NCBI GenBank assembly: GCA_963754945.1 | Contig: CAVWIG010000018.1 | Coordinates: 132,031 to 196,030 of the forward strand | From: Methanotrichaceae archaeon | GTDB taxonomy: Archaea > Halobacteriota > Methanosarcinia > Methanotrichales > Methanotrichaceae | Length of the DNA stretch: 64,000 bases | Direction: 5' to 3' | In this document: piece after piece, positions 41,471-50,593 of the stretch | Numbering within the stretch: the first letter of the stretch is position 1 | Layout: each line of letters begins with the position of its first letter | The notes under the pieces: model-generated | Seen by the model: only the letters and a program-made list of their open reading frames with translations | Databases searched by the model: none | What the model was told of the DNA's origin: nothing | Made by a program: the position numbers and the translations under genes

Positions 41471-43644
41471 ATCAAGACGACCTTTTCAGAGGTTTCAAAT
41501 CCTTGCGCTTTCTCTTTGAAAACTACTTGTGGATTGCTATTCGCCTTAAGGCGCACCTTGAGCAACTCTTCGCGAACATCGTACAACCTGCTTAGAAGGG
41601 TCTGCTTCTCGGTTTGTTCGAGTTTGGGATCATAATACACATACCCGTGGACTTCAATGGAGTCAATATTATATGTGATTGGTTTGGCAAAAATTGGGTC
41701 ATTGTTAAACTTATGGAGATATTTTACGTCATCGATATCCTTTTGTGCTTCAGTCATCAGCTGCTTAAGATCATTTAACTGCAACTTAGCAGCCATGATA
41801 AACGAAATATTATCGCCCATCAACTCCCGGAGATTGCTCAGGCTGAAGAATCCTCGATCCATTACTGCAATATAGTCCTGGATACCATGAGCTTTGATCT
41901 TTTTCAGAGTGCCGGATAGGGTACTGACATCAGAAATACTGCCCGGGAAGATGTCATACATCACGGGGATCCCTCGGTCCTTATCCAGAATTAAGGATAG
42001 ATTGATTTGAGGAAGCGATTCCCCATCACGATTATACCCATACTCGAGAAGATTGATGAGTTGTGAGTAGCTTGACAGGCTAGTAATATCGTAAATGAGG
42101 GCGTTTTTCGTGCCAGTTCCTTCGATAAGCCGGGACATGAACCGTTCCGGGATATTGCTTTCACCCAGTCGGCAGAGAAGCTCACTCACTCGCTGGCTGG
42201 CGAGATTGATTTGCGGAGATTCGAGAGCAAGAGATGTCCCTTCGTACCACGAATCGACATTCTTCATTGCCGTAGGTCGTATGATCCGGTTGAAGGCCAA
42301 TGCTCGAACCATGGACGCCTCCGAAGGGGGCAACAAATCCTCAAGATAGCGATCTAGATGGAGATCATCCGTAATCGACTGGAGAACGAATATAGAACCA
42401 TAATCAAACGACGACTTGACTGTCGCCGTTTTCTTTTTCGTCTTCTCTTTGACCTCACTAGGGGCTGAACGCATCCGGACTGGCTGGCCTTCTACATTTC
42501 TGCCTAAATATTTTGATTTGTGTCGGATCTGTTTCTTCTCCTTGTCATAATAAGGTGTCTCTTCGTACCAATATTCGATCCCATTTTTCACTTTGATTCT
42601 TCTAGTGGGTTTCATATGTGCCTCGATATAAGTAGGCGCATAAACTATAAAAACCTTTCGGCATGCAAGGCTAATCAGGGGTGTTTTCAAAAATAAAGGG
42701 CTTAAATTTGAGATCGACCAAGTAGTGCTCCTACTTGATCCGGGAGGTTAGGCCTGAACGACTGTGAGATTAGGGGAATGAGCCCTAGGACATTGCCTGG
42801 TTACAAATCGGCTCTTAAAACGTTTGGGCTTTATCTTAGCTCTCAGGGAGTAGATATCCTGAAGGCCGACCGTGATTCTCTGAGAGGCTTCATTGAGCAT
42901 TCCAGAGAATTAGGGCGATCACAACGTACAATAGAGCTGATTTTTTCGGTCCTCAGTTCGTTTTATGAGTATCTGGCATATGAAGGCCGAATTTCCTCTA
43001 ATCCTGTGCTTGCCGTTAGGAGACGCTACCTGAAAAGCTATAAAGACAACCACGACGGCCAGGAGAGGAAGCTGATAAGCGTCGAAGAGATGGCCCGGAT
43101 GATCAACAGCGAGATGGACATCAGAGACAAGGCGATCATAATACTCCTAGCCAAGACCGGAATAAGGCGAAATGAGCTTATCAGCCTAGATGCCTCAGAT
43201 TTCGATTTTGTACAGCAGAAGATCCGGCTCAAGCCCACTGCGAAACGATCAAACAGAACGGTATTCTTTGATGACGAGACCGCTTTCATTCTCCGGCGAT
43301 GGCTCCGAGTCAGAGAAGGAGTGAACCGACGCAAAGAGAACGCCATCTTCTTGAGTACATGGGGCTTTAGAATCAGCCGAAATGATGTGTATTTGCTGGT
43401 CACAAAGGCGGCAGAGCGAGTGGGTCTTTATGATACCAACTCCGAAAGGATGGAAGACCACTTTAGCCCCCATTGCTGCAGGCACTGGTACACGACATAT
43501 CTACTCAGAGCCGGGATGAAAAGAGAATATGTCCAGTGGTTACGCGGCGATACTATCAAGGAAGCTGTGGATATCTACTTTCACGTAGACCCAAAAGATG
43601 TGCAAGAGGCTTACCTGGCGGCTATTCCACAGCTGGGGATTTAA
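41458..43644 (+). pseudogene. tyrosine recombinase (XerA-like) interrupted after codon 13 by an IS1634 fragment
   Basis: GTG start with GGAGGT RBS: MDRLNQDDLFRGF (41458-41496) joins LNDCEIRGMSPRTL (from 42754); KTGIRRNE, SPHCCRH, LRGD, VDIY. Confidence 0.85.
41497..42752 (-). mobile_element. IS1634-family element, 3'-truncated (transposase starts near 42615)
   Basis: End CCTAACCTCCCG at 42752; motifs YDITS, YGYNRDG..LPQINL, VMDRGF; ORF runs out into integrase sequence. Confidence 0.85.
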
Positions 43645-43772
43645 ATGAATTTCTGCAAGGTACAATCTGGGCTCTTCTTTGATAGAGATTGGAATTAGGA
43701 TGATTTTAAATAAAACTTCGTGTGATAAGATCAATTTTAGCGAGAGTCCAATTCTAAAGGTAAGGTGGGTCT

Positions 43773-44819
43773 ATGGCTGGCGATACAAGGCGGGTTATAA
43801 TACACTTAGAGTCCAAAATTAAAAAAGAAAAGCCCGTTCCGGCCCTAAAAGTAGCAGAAGCATTCCAGAGATTGCAGAACGTGCTTTATCATATAGTAGA
43901 CGATCTAGAAGGAAACCCCCCACGTGGACGGGGGGATTTTCCGAATAGCGTTAAAGAAAGATGCGAACTAGTCATCACGAAAATGATTATCGGAAGCGTC
44001 GAAGCAGAATTAGCAATATCTGATTTGCAATCGGGTCTTCCTGGAGAAGAAACCTTCGGAGAGAAGGCCATTTCAATAACGGAAAAGCTTGTCCAAGCAG
44101 TATCCGAGGAAGCAGATGTCGGCGCAATGATATCTGGATTTATCAAGAATGAGCATCGAATGAATAGAATTCTCTCAGAATTCGATTTTTTGTGGCCTGA
44201 TGCTCAATCGAATTATAACATCGGCCTGAATTTCCGAAGAACACAAACAAAGTTCTTAGACCCAGTCCACAAGCACGTCATTCGAGATTTGCTTTCCAAG
44301 CCACCTGAAAAGACCGAAAAGTCTGCAATAGGCAGATTGATGGAAATCAGAGTCGACCAAAAGCGACGTTTCCAGATAGATACTTCTGATGGAGTTGTGA
44401 CTTGCTCATACACTCCTGAATTGGAAGACAAAATAGTGGAAAACATTGGGCGGTTAATTCGTGTTCGAGGCGTTATGGCTCTAGAGAAAGGTGGCCGGTA
44501 TACGTTGAGCCTCGAAGATGACAAGTCTATCGAAGACTTGAAATATATGCCATTGTATAATATAGAAATTAGAGGAAGGAACCTTGATCTAAAAGAGCCA
44601 CTGGATCTCGATCTTCTGTACGAAGATGATCGTTATATAGTCTCTAACGATAAACTCCATCTGATGGCAGTCGGCCCGAATCTGAAGGATGCGATCGAAG
44701 GGATAAATGAAGAGATTGAGATCTTGTGGGAGGATTATGTTGAAGCAAGCTTAGACGAGTTGAGCGAGGATGCTATGGAATTTCGGAAAAAGATAATTTC
44801 CTCCATGGAGAAGGCTTAA
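43773..44819 (+). CDS. hypothetical protein with OB-like region and HicB-like C-terminal domain
   Basis: GRLMEIRVD...VRGV, then AVGPNLKDAIEGINEEIEILWEDY. Confidence 0.55.
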   Translation: MAGDTRRVIIHLESKIKKEKPVPALKVAEAFQRLQNVLYHIVDDLEGNPPRGRGDFPNSVKERCELVITKMIIGSVEAELAISDLQSGLPGEETFGEKAISITEKLVQAVSEEADVGAMISGFIKNEHRMNRILSEFDFLWPDAQSNYNIGLNFRRTQTKFLDPVHKHVIRDLLSKPPEKTEKSAIGRLMEIRVDQKRRFQIDTSDGVVTCSYTPELEDKIVENIGRLIRVRGVMALEKGGRYTLSLEDDKSIEDLKYMPLYNIEIRGRNLDLKEPLDLDLLYEDDRYIVSNDKLHLMAVGPNLKDAIEGINEEIEILWEDYVEASLDELSEDAMEFRKKIISSMEKA

Positions 44820-45133
44820 TGTCCACTCATAAAACTCGTAAGATAGAATCGGCTTTGGCAAGAAAGGGATTTCATCTAAAGAGCGGAAGATCAAAACATT
44901 TGAAATATACATTATATTATGACGGAAAGAAAACTGGCGTATTTACCTTTATAAGTCATGGATTGAGTGAATATAATGACAACCTATTAAATGTCATGAG
45001 GAAACAATTGTATCTAGAGTCTCCTCAAGAATTGGATGATCTGATCGAGTGCCCAATGTCTGAGGAAGAGCTAAAATCGTTATTAGTAGCGCGGGGAGTA
45101 CTTAAAACAAAGGAAAATGATTTATCAAAATAA
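44819..45133 (+). CDS. HicA-like toxin
   Basis: IESALARKGF...KH..Y...T.ISHG...MRKQL.L; coupled by TAATG overlap. Confidence 0.6.
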   Translation: MSTHKTRKIESALARKGFHLKSGRSKHLKYTLYYDGKKTGVFTFISHGLSEYNDNLLNVMRKQLYLESPQELDDLIECPMSEEELKSLLVARGVLKTKENDLSK

Positions 45134-45409
45134 ATACAAAAGTCTAATGCATTAATAATAGAATGCTTGGGAATGACAAGACTGCTATAGTAAGCTGAGA
45201 TTTCTGCGATAATCTTTTTACCGTGTGGCTACTACTACCGTTGGCCAGGCTCTGTCTCACCCCCTATATCCTTTCAAGGCCGTCCTTGGCCATTTCTTCT
45301 AAGTTAAGAAATTCAAGTTCCCCCACCTACCTTTCATCAGAACTACAAGTTCTAAAAGATTATAGGTATGTGCGCTATGATCCATTCCTGTAGTCGAGGA
45401 GACTTAGAA

Positions 45410-45559
45410 ATGCCCCCTATCCTAAAATGGTCGGATTGCCCGCAATGTGGCCGAGTATATCGCTTAAGTCCTTCTAATATATGTGAATGCGGCGCGATCC
45501 TGGTGACGAGGCCATACAGCGAAAAGAAGAGCCGTGAGGGACGTACCGCTAAGTTCTAA
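45410..45559 (+). CDS. small Zn-finger protein
   Basis: CPQCG...CECG; GAGGA RBS. Confidence 0.45.
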   Translation: MPPILKWSDCPQCGRVYRLSPSNICECGAILVTRPYSEKKSREGRTAKF

Positions 45560-45599
45560 GATGGCTTCACTCCTGGGTTAGATGCTACCAAAGCTGAGG

Positions 45600-45680
45600 A
45601 TCTGGCGATAGATGCTTTTTGTGCTCAATCCTTATGTGTACTTTCTACGCTATTCTCTCAATCCCGTACACATATAAGGC
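45600..45680. repeat. repeated 80-bp site with internal inverted repeat (copy A)
   Basis: ATCTGGC..TAGATGCTTTTT...CCTTATGTGTAC-N24-GTACACATATAAGG; similar to 47509-47586. Confidence 0.7.
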
Positions 45681-45688
45681 CAATGTGG

Positions 45689-45775
45689 AAAGAGGCTATT
45701 GATATCTACGATCATATAGACCTTAAGGAGCTAAAAGAGGCTTACCTTGCCTGCATACCACAGTTGAGGGTTTAA
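45689..45775 (+). pseudogene. 3'-terminal fragment of a third tyrosine recombinase paralogue
   Basis: KEAIDIYDHIDLKELKEAYLACIPQLRV*, followed by ACGAATTCTGCAAGG, like the sequence after stop 43644. Confidence 0.85.
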
Positions 45776-46022
45776 ACGAATTCTGCAAGGCCAACCTTTC
45801 GCGGTTGATGCGGCCCGAGCTCCCAGGTAGAACGAGACCATTGTGCCGACGTATTGCGTCTACTGACCCAAAGGGTCCTTTGATCGCCGACGGATCCGCG
45901 TTATTATAGGCGATCGCCACATAACCGAAAGAGACAAACCGACAATCGTCAAAAATAGAGCGCGAGAATGACCTGCGCTTCAATGTCTCTGAGTTGGATC
46001 AGGAGGTACGGGATCGGCTATT

Positions 46023-47399
46023 TCATTCTCCTCCTGCTTCGATGCCGAGAAAGGCCTGCATCATCTCGGATTGCATCAGGTCCGCGACCCCCTGCGCTGC
46101 TGGAATGAACTTGAACTGGAAGGAATAGTTGTAGATTCCAGATCCAGCAAGCTTCATCCATACCAGCCAGAGGTTAGTACCTGCTGGTTGGGCCCGGATG
46201 TTGTGATACAGCCTATTCGCGTCCTTGAGCTGTAAGGTTAGGCCGCCAGCACCGAAGTTGCCCAGGCTCCTGTACTGGTAGAACGCCATGGCCTTGATAG
46301 GCACATCCAGATCTGGATATCCCGTCCTCTGGACAATAAGGTCCGTGGTCTTGACCCCAGTTATCGACATGACCATCAGAACGCCTCCTGCTGGAAGGAC
46401 AATATCACCAGCCGGGGCTATGGGAGTCAAGGTTATGGTCGCCTGGTATGTCTGCTTATCGATTACTGTGAAGGTCAGGGGATAATCCAGGTAGCCCGTC
46501 TTCCTGACTGTCGCTGAGTAGTAGCCTGGAATCAGGGCGATGAATTTGTCTGTTTGGCCTATGATAGCGCCTTTAACCACGATATCGGCCTTAAGCGATC
46601 CAGATGTGTTGATCTGGATTCCGGTTTGGCCAGGAGGCGGTGTAATCGACAAACTGTAGCCGTAGCCTGCATAAGCTCGGAAGATGCCGCACTGCCCATA
46701 TGCAATCTTGAACCAGCCAGGATCGCTCGGATCGCCCCATTGCAGGCCCCAAGAGTTCTTACATATCCAGCAACCTTGTACATCGTCGTAGCCGATTATA
46801 CAGACGCAGTGGCCTCCCACATAATCCCCACACTGAGGAGAATAGATGCCGCCAGAATAATCGAAGAAGTCAGAATCTACCTCCATCGCGGCCTGAATAG
46901 CCCCATTGGAGCTGAGCCACTGCTTAGCGACTGCATCAGAGGTGATTCTGGTAGCGGAGAGAATCCTGAGCTTGTTACCGTCACAGCAGCTTTGTTTACT
47001 GCCGTTGTATGGCCAGCACTTCTCAGGGCACACGCCCACAGATTGTAGCCGCGAATTCGCCTTTTCTAGCGTTGATCCACTGCCACAGTCACCAATCGTA
47101 CTGAACAGATCGGCCTCGGAAAGCTTGTCATCTTCGCCCGGGCTCTGATCTGCCACTTGCTTGGTGACTTCGAGAGCTGCCGTAGATCCGAATGCCACAC
47201 AGCTTCCACAATCACCCTGGTCCTGAATGGGTGTGGTATAGTTCTTGCCGTTGACATTGCGCCAGTTCCATGAGGTCGGTGTACCCCAGATGGTGTGGAC
47301 CTTAAGAGCCATGTCCCTGGCGTCCTCTGCAGCGGTACGTTTTAGTTGCTCGGTGATGATGAGCCCTAGCTTACGAATTTTACCTGTTCCTTTTTCCAT
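46023..47399 (-). CDS. C1A papain-family cysteine peptidase with PEGA-like and C-terminal beta domains
   Basis: QGDCGSCVAF, GGHCVCIIGY, KNSWG; PGYYSATVRKTGY. Confidence 0.9.
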   Translation of the reverse strand: MEKGTGKIRKLGLIITEQLKRTAAEDARDMALKVHTIWGTPTSWNWRNVNGKNYTTPIQDQGDCGSCVAFGSTAALEVTKQVADQSPGEDDKLSEADLFSTIGDCGSGSTLEKANSRLQSVGVCPEKCWPYNGSKQSCCDGNKLRILSATRITSDAVAKQWLSSNGAIQAAMEVDSDFFDYSGGIYSPQCGDYVGGHCVCIIGYDDVQGCWICKNSWGLQWGDPSDPGWFKIAYGQCGIFRAYAGYGYSLSITPPPGQTGIQINTSGSLKADIVVKGAIIGQTDKFIALIPGYYSATVRKTGYLDYPLTFTVIDKQTYQATITLTPIAPAGDIVLPAGGVLMVMSITGVKTTDLIVQRTGYPDLDVPIKAMAFYQYRSLGNFGAGGLTLQLKDANRLYHNIRAQPAGTNLWLVWMKLAGSGIYNYSFQFKFIPAAQGVADLMQSEMMQAFLGIEAGGE

Positions 47400-47508
47400 T
47401 CACAATCATCTCCTTAGCCTATCTATAACTAATGTCTAAAAATATAAATATTGTGTATACTTATTCAAAGGCTCCTAAACTCCCAGTGGGTGCTTGGAAG
47501 GACGAAAA

Positions 47509-47586
47509 ATCTGGCACTAGATGCTTTTTATTCTCGAACCTTATGTATACTTCAATGCTCCTCTCTCGGTACGGTGCACATAAGGC
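47509..47586. repeat. repeated 80-bp site with internal inverted repeat (copy B)
   Basis: ATCTGGCACTAGATGCTTTTT...CCTTATGTATAC-N23-GTGCACATAAGG. Confidence 0.7.
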
Positions 47587-47979
47587 TATTTTAGCTATCG
47601 ACTTTTGATAGAAGAAGACCGCGAAGACGCACGGCTGAGCCCAGAGGTGGCTCCATTACTCGGTTAAGGCTGCCCAGTTGAATGATCTGGCCGCGGAGTT
47701 TCTGGCATCAATCGATTTCAGCTGCACGGACCCAGAAGCAACGATCTTATTGAAAGAGAACTGGATGACTAAGAGGGAAGAAACGCTTCTCAGAGACGCT
47801 AAGAGCAATGAGATCCGAGTCTTCACTTGAAAGCAATCTAGTGCAATCATGCCATGGTCGCCAAAGATTATATGGCTAGAAAGTGAACTCTGCAAATTTA
47901 ATGCTGGTTGTAATCATTCAAAGCATCGATAGGTTTTCTATCTCATAAGATCTATATACCAATAAAAAACATTGCGCAT

Positions 47980-48903
47980 ATGAAATTGTTTGAAGTGTGT
48001 GCAATTTTATTTCTTCTAGGAGGAGTTATTTTTTTCGGCATCTGTGCCGGGGCAGCTCCAGGAAATAGCAGCTCAATTGCAAGTGTATCGGCGGCATCTA
48101 CAGGCATGGCTCATGCGGACCTCGTCGCATACGTAGATAATGCAGTGGCCTATGCCAAAACTAATGGAAAGGAGATAGCCATTAAGGAGTTTAATAATAA
48201 CAAGTCGGCTGAGTTCATTAAAGGTGATCGCTATGTCTTTGCTTATGATTTCAATGGTGTCACATTGGCTAACCCCCATCGACCGGATTTCGTCGGCAAT
48301 AACAAGCTGGATCTGAAAGATACCAATGAAGTTGGATTCATCAAGAACTTAGTTTCTGTAGCAAAGAGAGGTAATGGGTATGCCTATTATGTCTGGGCCA
48401 ATCCAGACAACAATAATAAGCAGGAGCTAAAGTTGACTTACGTCGAGAAGGTAGATGATACCTGGTGGTTGGCCTCTGGGACCTATCTGTCCAACATGTC
48501 TGCGAACTTCAGCCAGGAGTCTAGGAATAATCTCGTCAATTTCGTCGATACTGCTGTCAAATACGCCAAAGATAATGGGAAAGATAAGGCTTTGAAGGCA
48601 TTCAATGACAAGAATGGTACGTTCTTCAAGAAAGGCCTTTATGTGTTCGCCTATGACTTCGCTGGTAACACCCTGGCACTTCCTATTCAGCCTGACCTAA
48701 TAGGCAAGAACAGGATTGATAGTAAAGATCCCAATGGCGTTGACATCAATCGAGATCTGATAGCTCTGGCCCAAAACGGAGGCGGATTCGAGTACTATAT
48801 CTATCCAGATCCAGCAAGAAACATGACGCTGGGACTCAAGCTTAGCTATGTCACGAAGGTGGATGATACCTGGTGGTTGGGAGCAGGAATATACTCCAGT
48901 TAA
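47980..48903 (+). CDS. secreted tandem Cache-domain protein
   Basis: Signal peptide; two repeats of YVFAYDF.G.TLA.P..PD..G.N..D.KD.N...KL.YV.KVDDTWWL..G.Y. Confidence 0.9.
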   Translation: MKLFEVCAILFLLGGVIFFGICAGAAPGNSSSIASVSAASTGMAHADLVAYVDNAVAYAKTNGKEIAIKEFNNNKSAEFIKGDRYVFAYDFNGVTLANPHRPDFVGNNKLDLKDTNEVGFIKNLVSVAKRGNGYAYYVWANPDNNNKQELKLTYVEKVDDTWWLASGTYLSNMSANFSQESRNNLVNFVDTAVKYAKDNGKDKALKAFNDKNGTFFKKGLYVFAYDFAGNTLALPIQPDLIGKNRIDSKDPNGVDINRDLIALAQNGGGFEYYIYPDPARNMTLGLKLSYVTKVDDTWWLGAGIYSS

Positions 48904-49256
48904 GATTGAATTATGGTTGAACAGCCCCTAAAGCATTGGACCACTTTATAGGCTGTGATTCTTTCTTTTTTTGTACGTGTTTAGCTCTATCTACTTGTCG
49001 CGGATGCTGGTTCTTCGATGAAGGCATGACGATCAACAAATTCGCCTAAATCTAAAATCAATATCTATTGCAGGTATTGCGTGCAATTAGCCTTTCGGAA
49101 CTGGCCACAGATGACATCACGAAATCGGTTTAATGATGCTGATTGAGAGGAGCTAAACACATACGGCCACGGAAAAGAGAGAAATAGAGTCGAGCCTGTT
49201 TGGGCTCTTCTTTTCAGGCATATCGATTTTGTGGCTGATGGGTCACTTCTCTCAAT

Positions 49257-49305
49257 TAGTAGTACTAGATTATCCAATAACTCTATATATTATCTAGTAC
49301 TACTA
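49257..49305. promoter_or_regulatory. 14-bp perfect inverted repeat flanking a TATA-like element
   Basis: TAGTAGTACTAGAT-N21-ATCTAGTACTACTA, with TATATAT in the spacer. Confidence 0.6.
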
Positions 49306-49479
49306 TATCTTGTGAGAAACACCCTGAGCAAGGTGAAGTACCACAGGCGGGCCAAGAGGCGCAAAGGACCGTGATGGCGCACAAGGATCCTATGGGGATC
49401 CGGGCTAACTGGCGATAGCGATGCTTAGAACGGCCCGCCCAGGAAAAGCAACCAAGGAGACAAAGGAGATAGCACGAAA

Positions 49480-49878
49480 ATGGTTCATGACACCCCGGCC
49501 CGCAAGAGGGCGCGCGAACTGAAGGAAGAAGCCCTCAGCCTGATCAAGGAGGCCCGAACACTGGAGGGCATCGAGGGGTTGAAGGCAGAGTCCACGGCTC
49601 GGCAGGATAGGGCGAAGGAGTTGAATGAAGAGGCCAAAGGGCTCCAGAATAGGGCTCGGCTGGAGGACTTGAGCGTTCGGCAAGTGGATTACTGGAAGGA
49701 CACACAAAAGAAGGGCAGGCAGAACTATCCCAGGTGGGTCTGTTCCTGGCAAGAGGGCGACAAGGTCATCACCAAGTATCTCGGAAGTTCCAGGAAGCTA
49801 TCCAGAGAGGGGGCCCTGCAGAAGGCCAGGAAGATGAAGGCTGAGGCGTTATGGTTGGGTACTCGACCGGTTGATTGA
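49480..49878 (+). CDS. hypothetical protein: coiled coil plus small beta-sheet DNA-binding-like domain
   Basis: GGAG RBS; YPRWVCSWQEGDKVITKYLG motif. Confidence 0.65.
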   Translation: MVHDTPARKRARELKEEALSLIKEARTLEGIEGLKAESTARQDRAKELNEEAKGLQNRARLEDLSVRQVDYWKDTQKKGRQNYPRWVCSWQEGDKVITKYLGSSRKLSREGALQKARKMKAEALWLGTRPVD

Positions 49879-49962
49879 GTATACAATGCGCTGGGGGCCT
49901 GTGCCCAATAATCTCCCGAAAGGTTTTCAGAGTAGTATGACCAAGCAAATCGGAGGATACTT

Positions 49963-50388
49963 ATGGTAAACAAAGACGAGTTGGTCATTAGGTGGTTAGA
50001 AGAGCCCGTCGACGTACCTTGTGCTCTATGCAAAAGCAAGAAATCAAAGAAATTCAAAAAAGGGCCTGTTGTGTCTTTGGTTGGCGGAGAATTAGTTTGT
50101 CCAAAGTGTGCAACGAAATATAATAAAAATCTCTGGGACGTTTATTCAAGCTATGGCAGGCATCTTGAGGATCTCGACCTCAAGCTTCCCTCTGATGATT
50201 TGCGATTAGATAAACTGGACTTTAAAGAGCCAATAGTACCAGAATTCGACGATAAAGAGTTTCTAAAAACAGACAAGTACGATGATTTTCAAGTGCCAGA
50301 ATATGAGCCACTCTTCAAGGAAGAGGAGAGATGCGCTAGATGCGTCCACGCATTTTCGCCAAGAACTGGCCCTAAAACTACTAAGTGA
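49963..50388 (+). CDS. hypothetical Zn-finger protein
   Basis: GGAGG RBS; CALC, CPKC, CARC. Confidence 0.6.
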   Translation: MVNKDELVIRWLEEPVDVPCALCKSKKSKKFKKGPVVSLVGGELVCPKCATKYNKNLWDVYSSYGRHLEDLDLKLPSDDLRLDKLDFKEPIVPEFDDKEFLKTDKYDDFQVPEYEPLFKEEERCARCVHAFSPRTGPKTTK

Positions 50389-50593
50389 GCCTTACTTACT
50401 CGTTTGCGCTCGAGGGGAGTTAAAGGACGTTCCGCACTGAACTTGAGAAGAGAGGCGTATGACTCCTTTTCTATCTCGTCTTTGTCGTCATGGTGACAGA
50501 GCATGGGATGCGGTGGGATTGGGAACAAAATGCGCGAAAAGGACAATTCTGTTCTGATCTACCTGATGGTAAGGACTGAGATTTGCCAAGTGC

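Noticed and set aside
45723-45983. 86-aa minus-strand ORF
   Set aside because: It overlaps the integrase remnant on the opposite strand and has no motif or RBS support.
47650-47830. Startless plus-strand frame (HYSVKAAQLNDLAAEFL...EIRVFT*) after site B
   Set aside because: Looks like a gene tail but cannot be assigned without a search.
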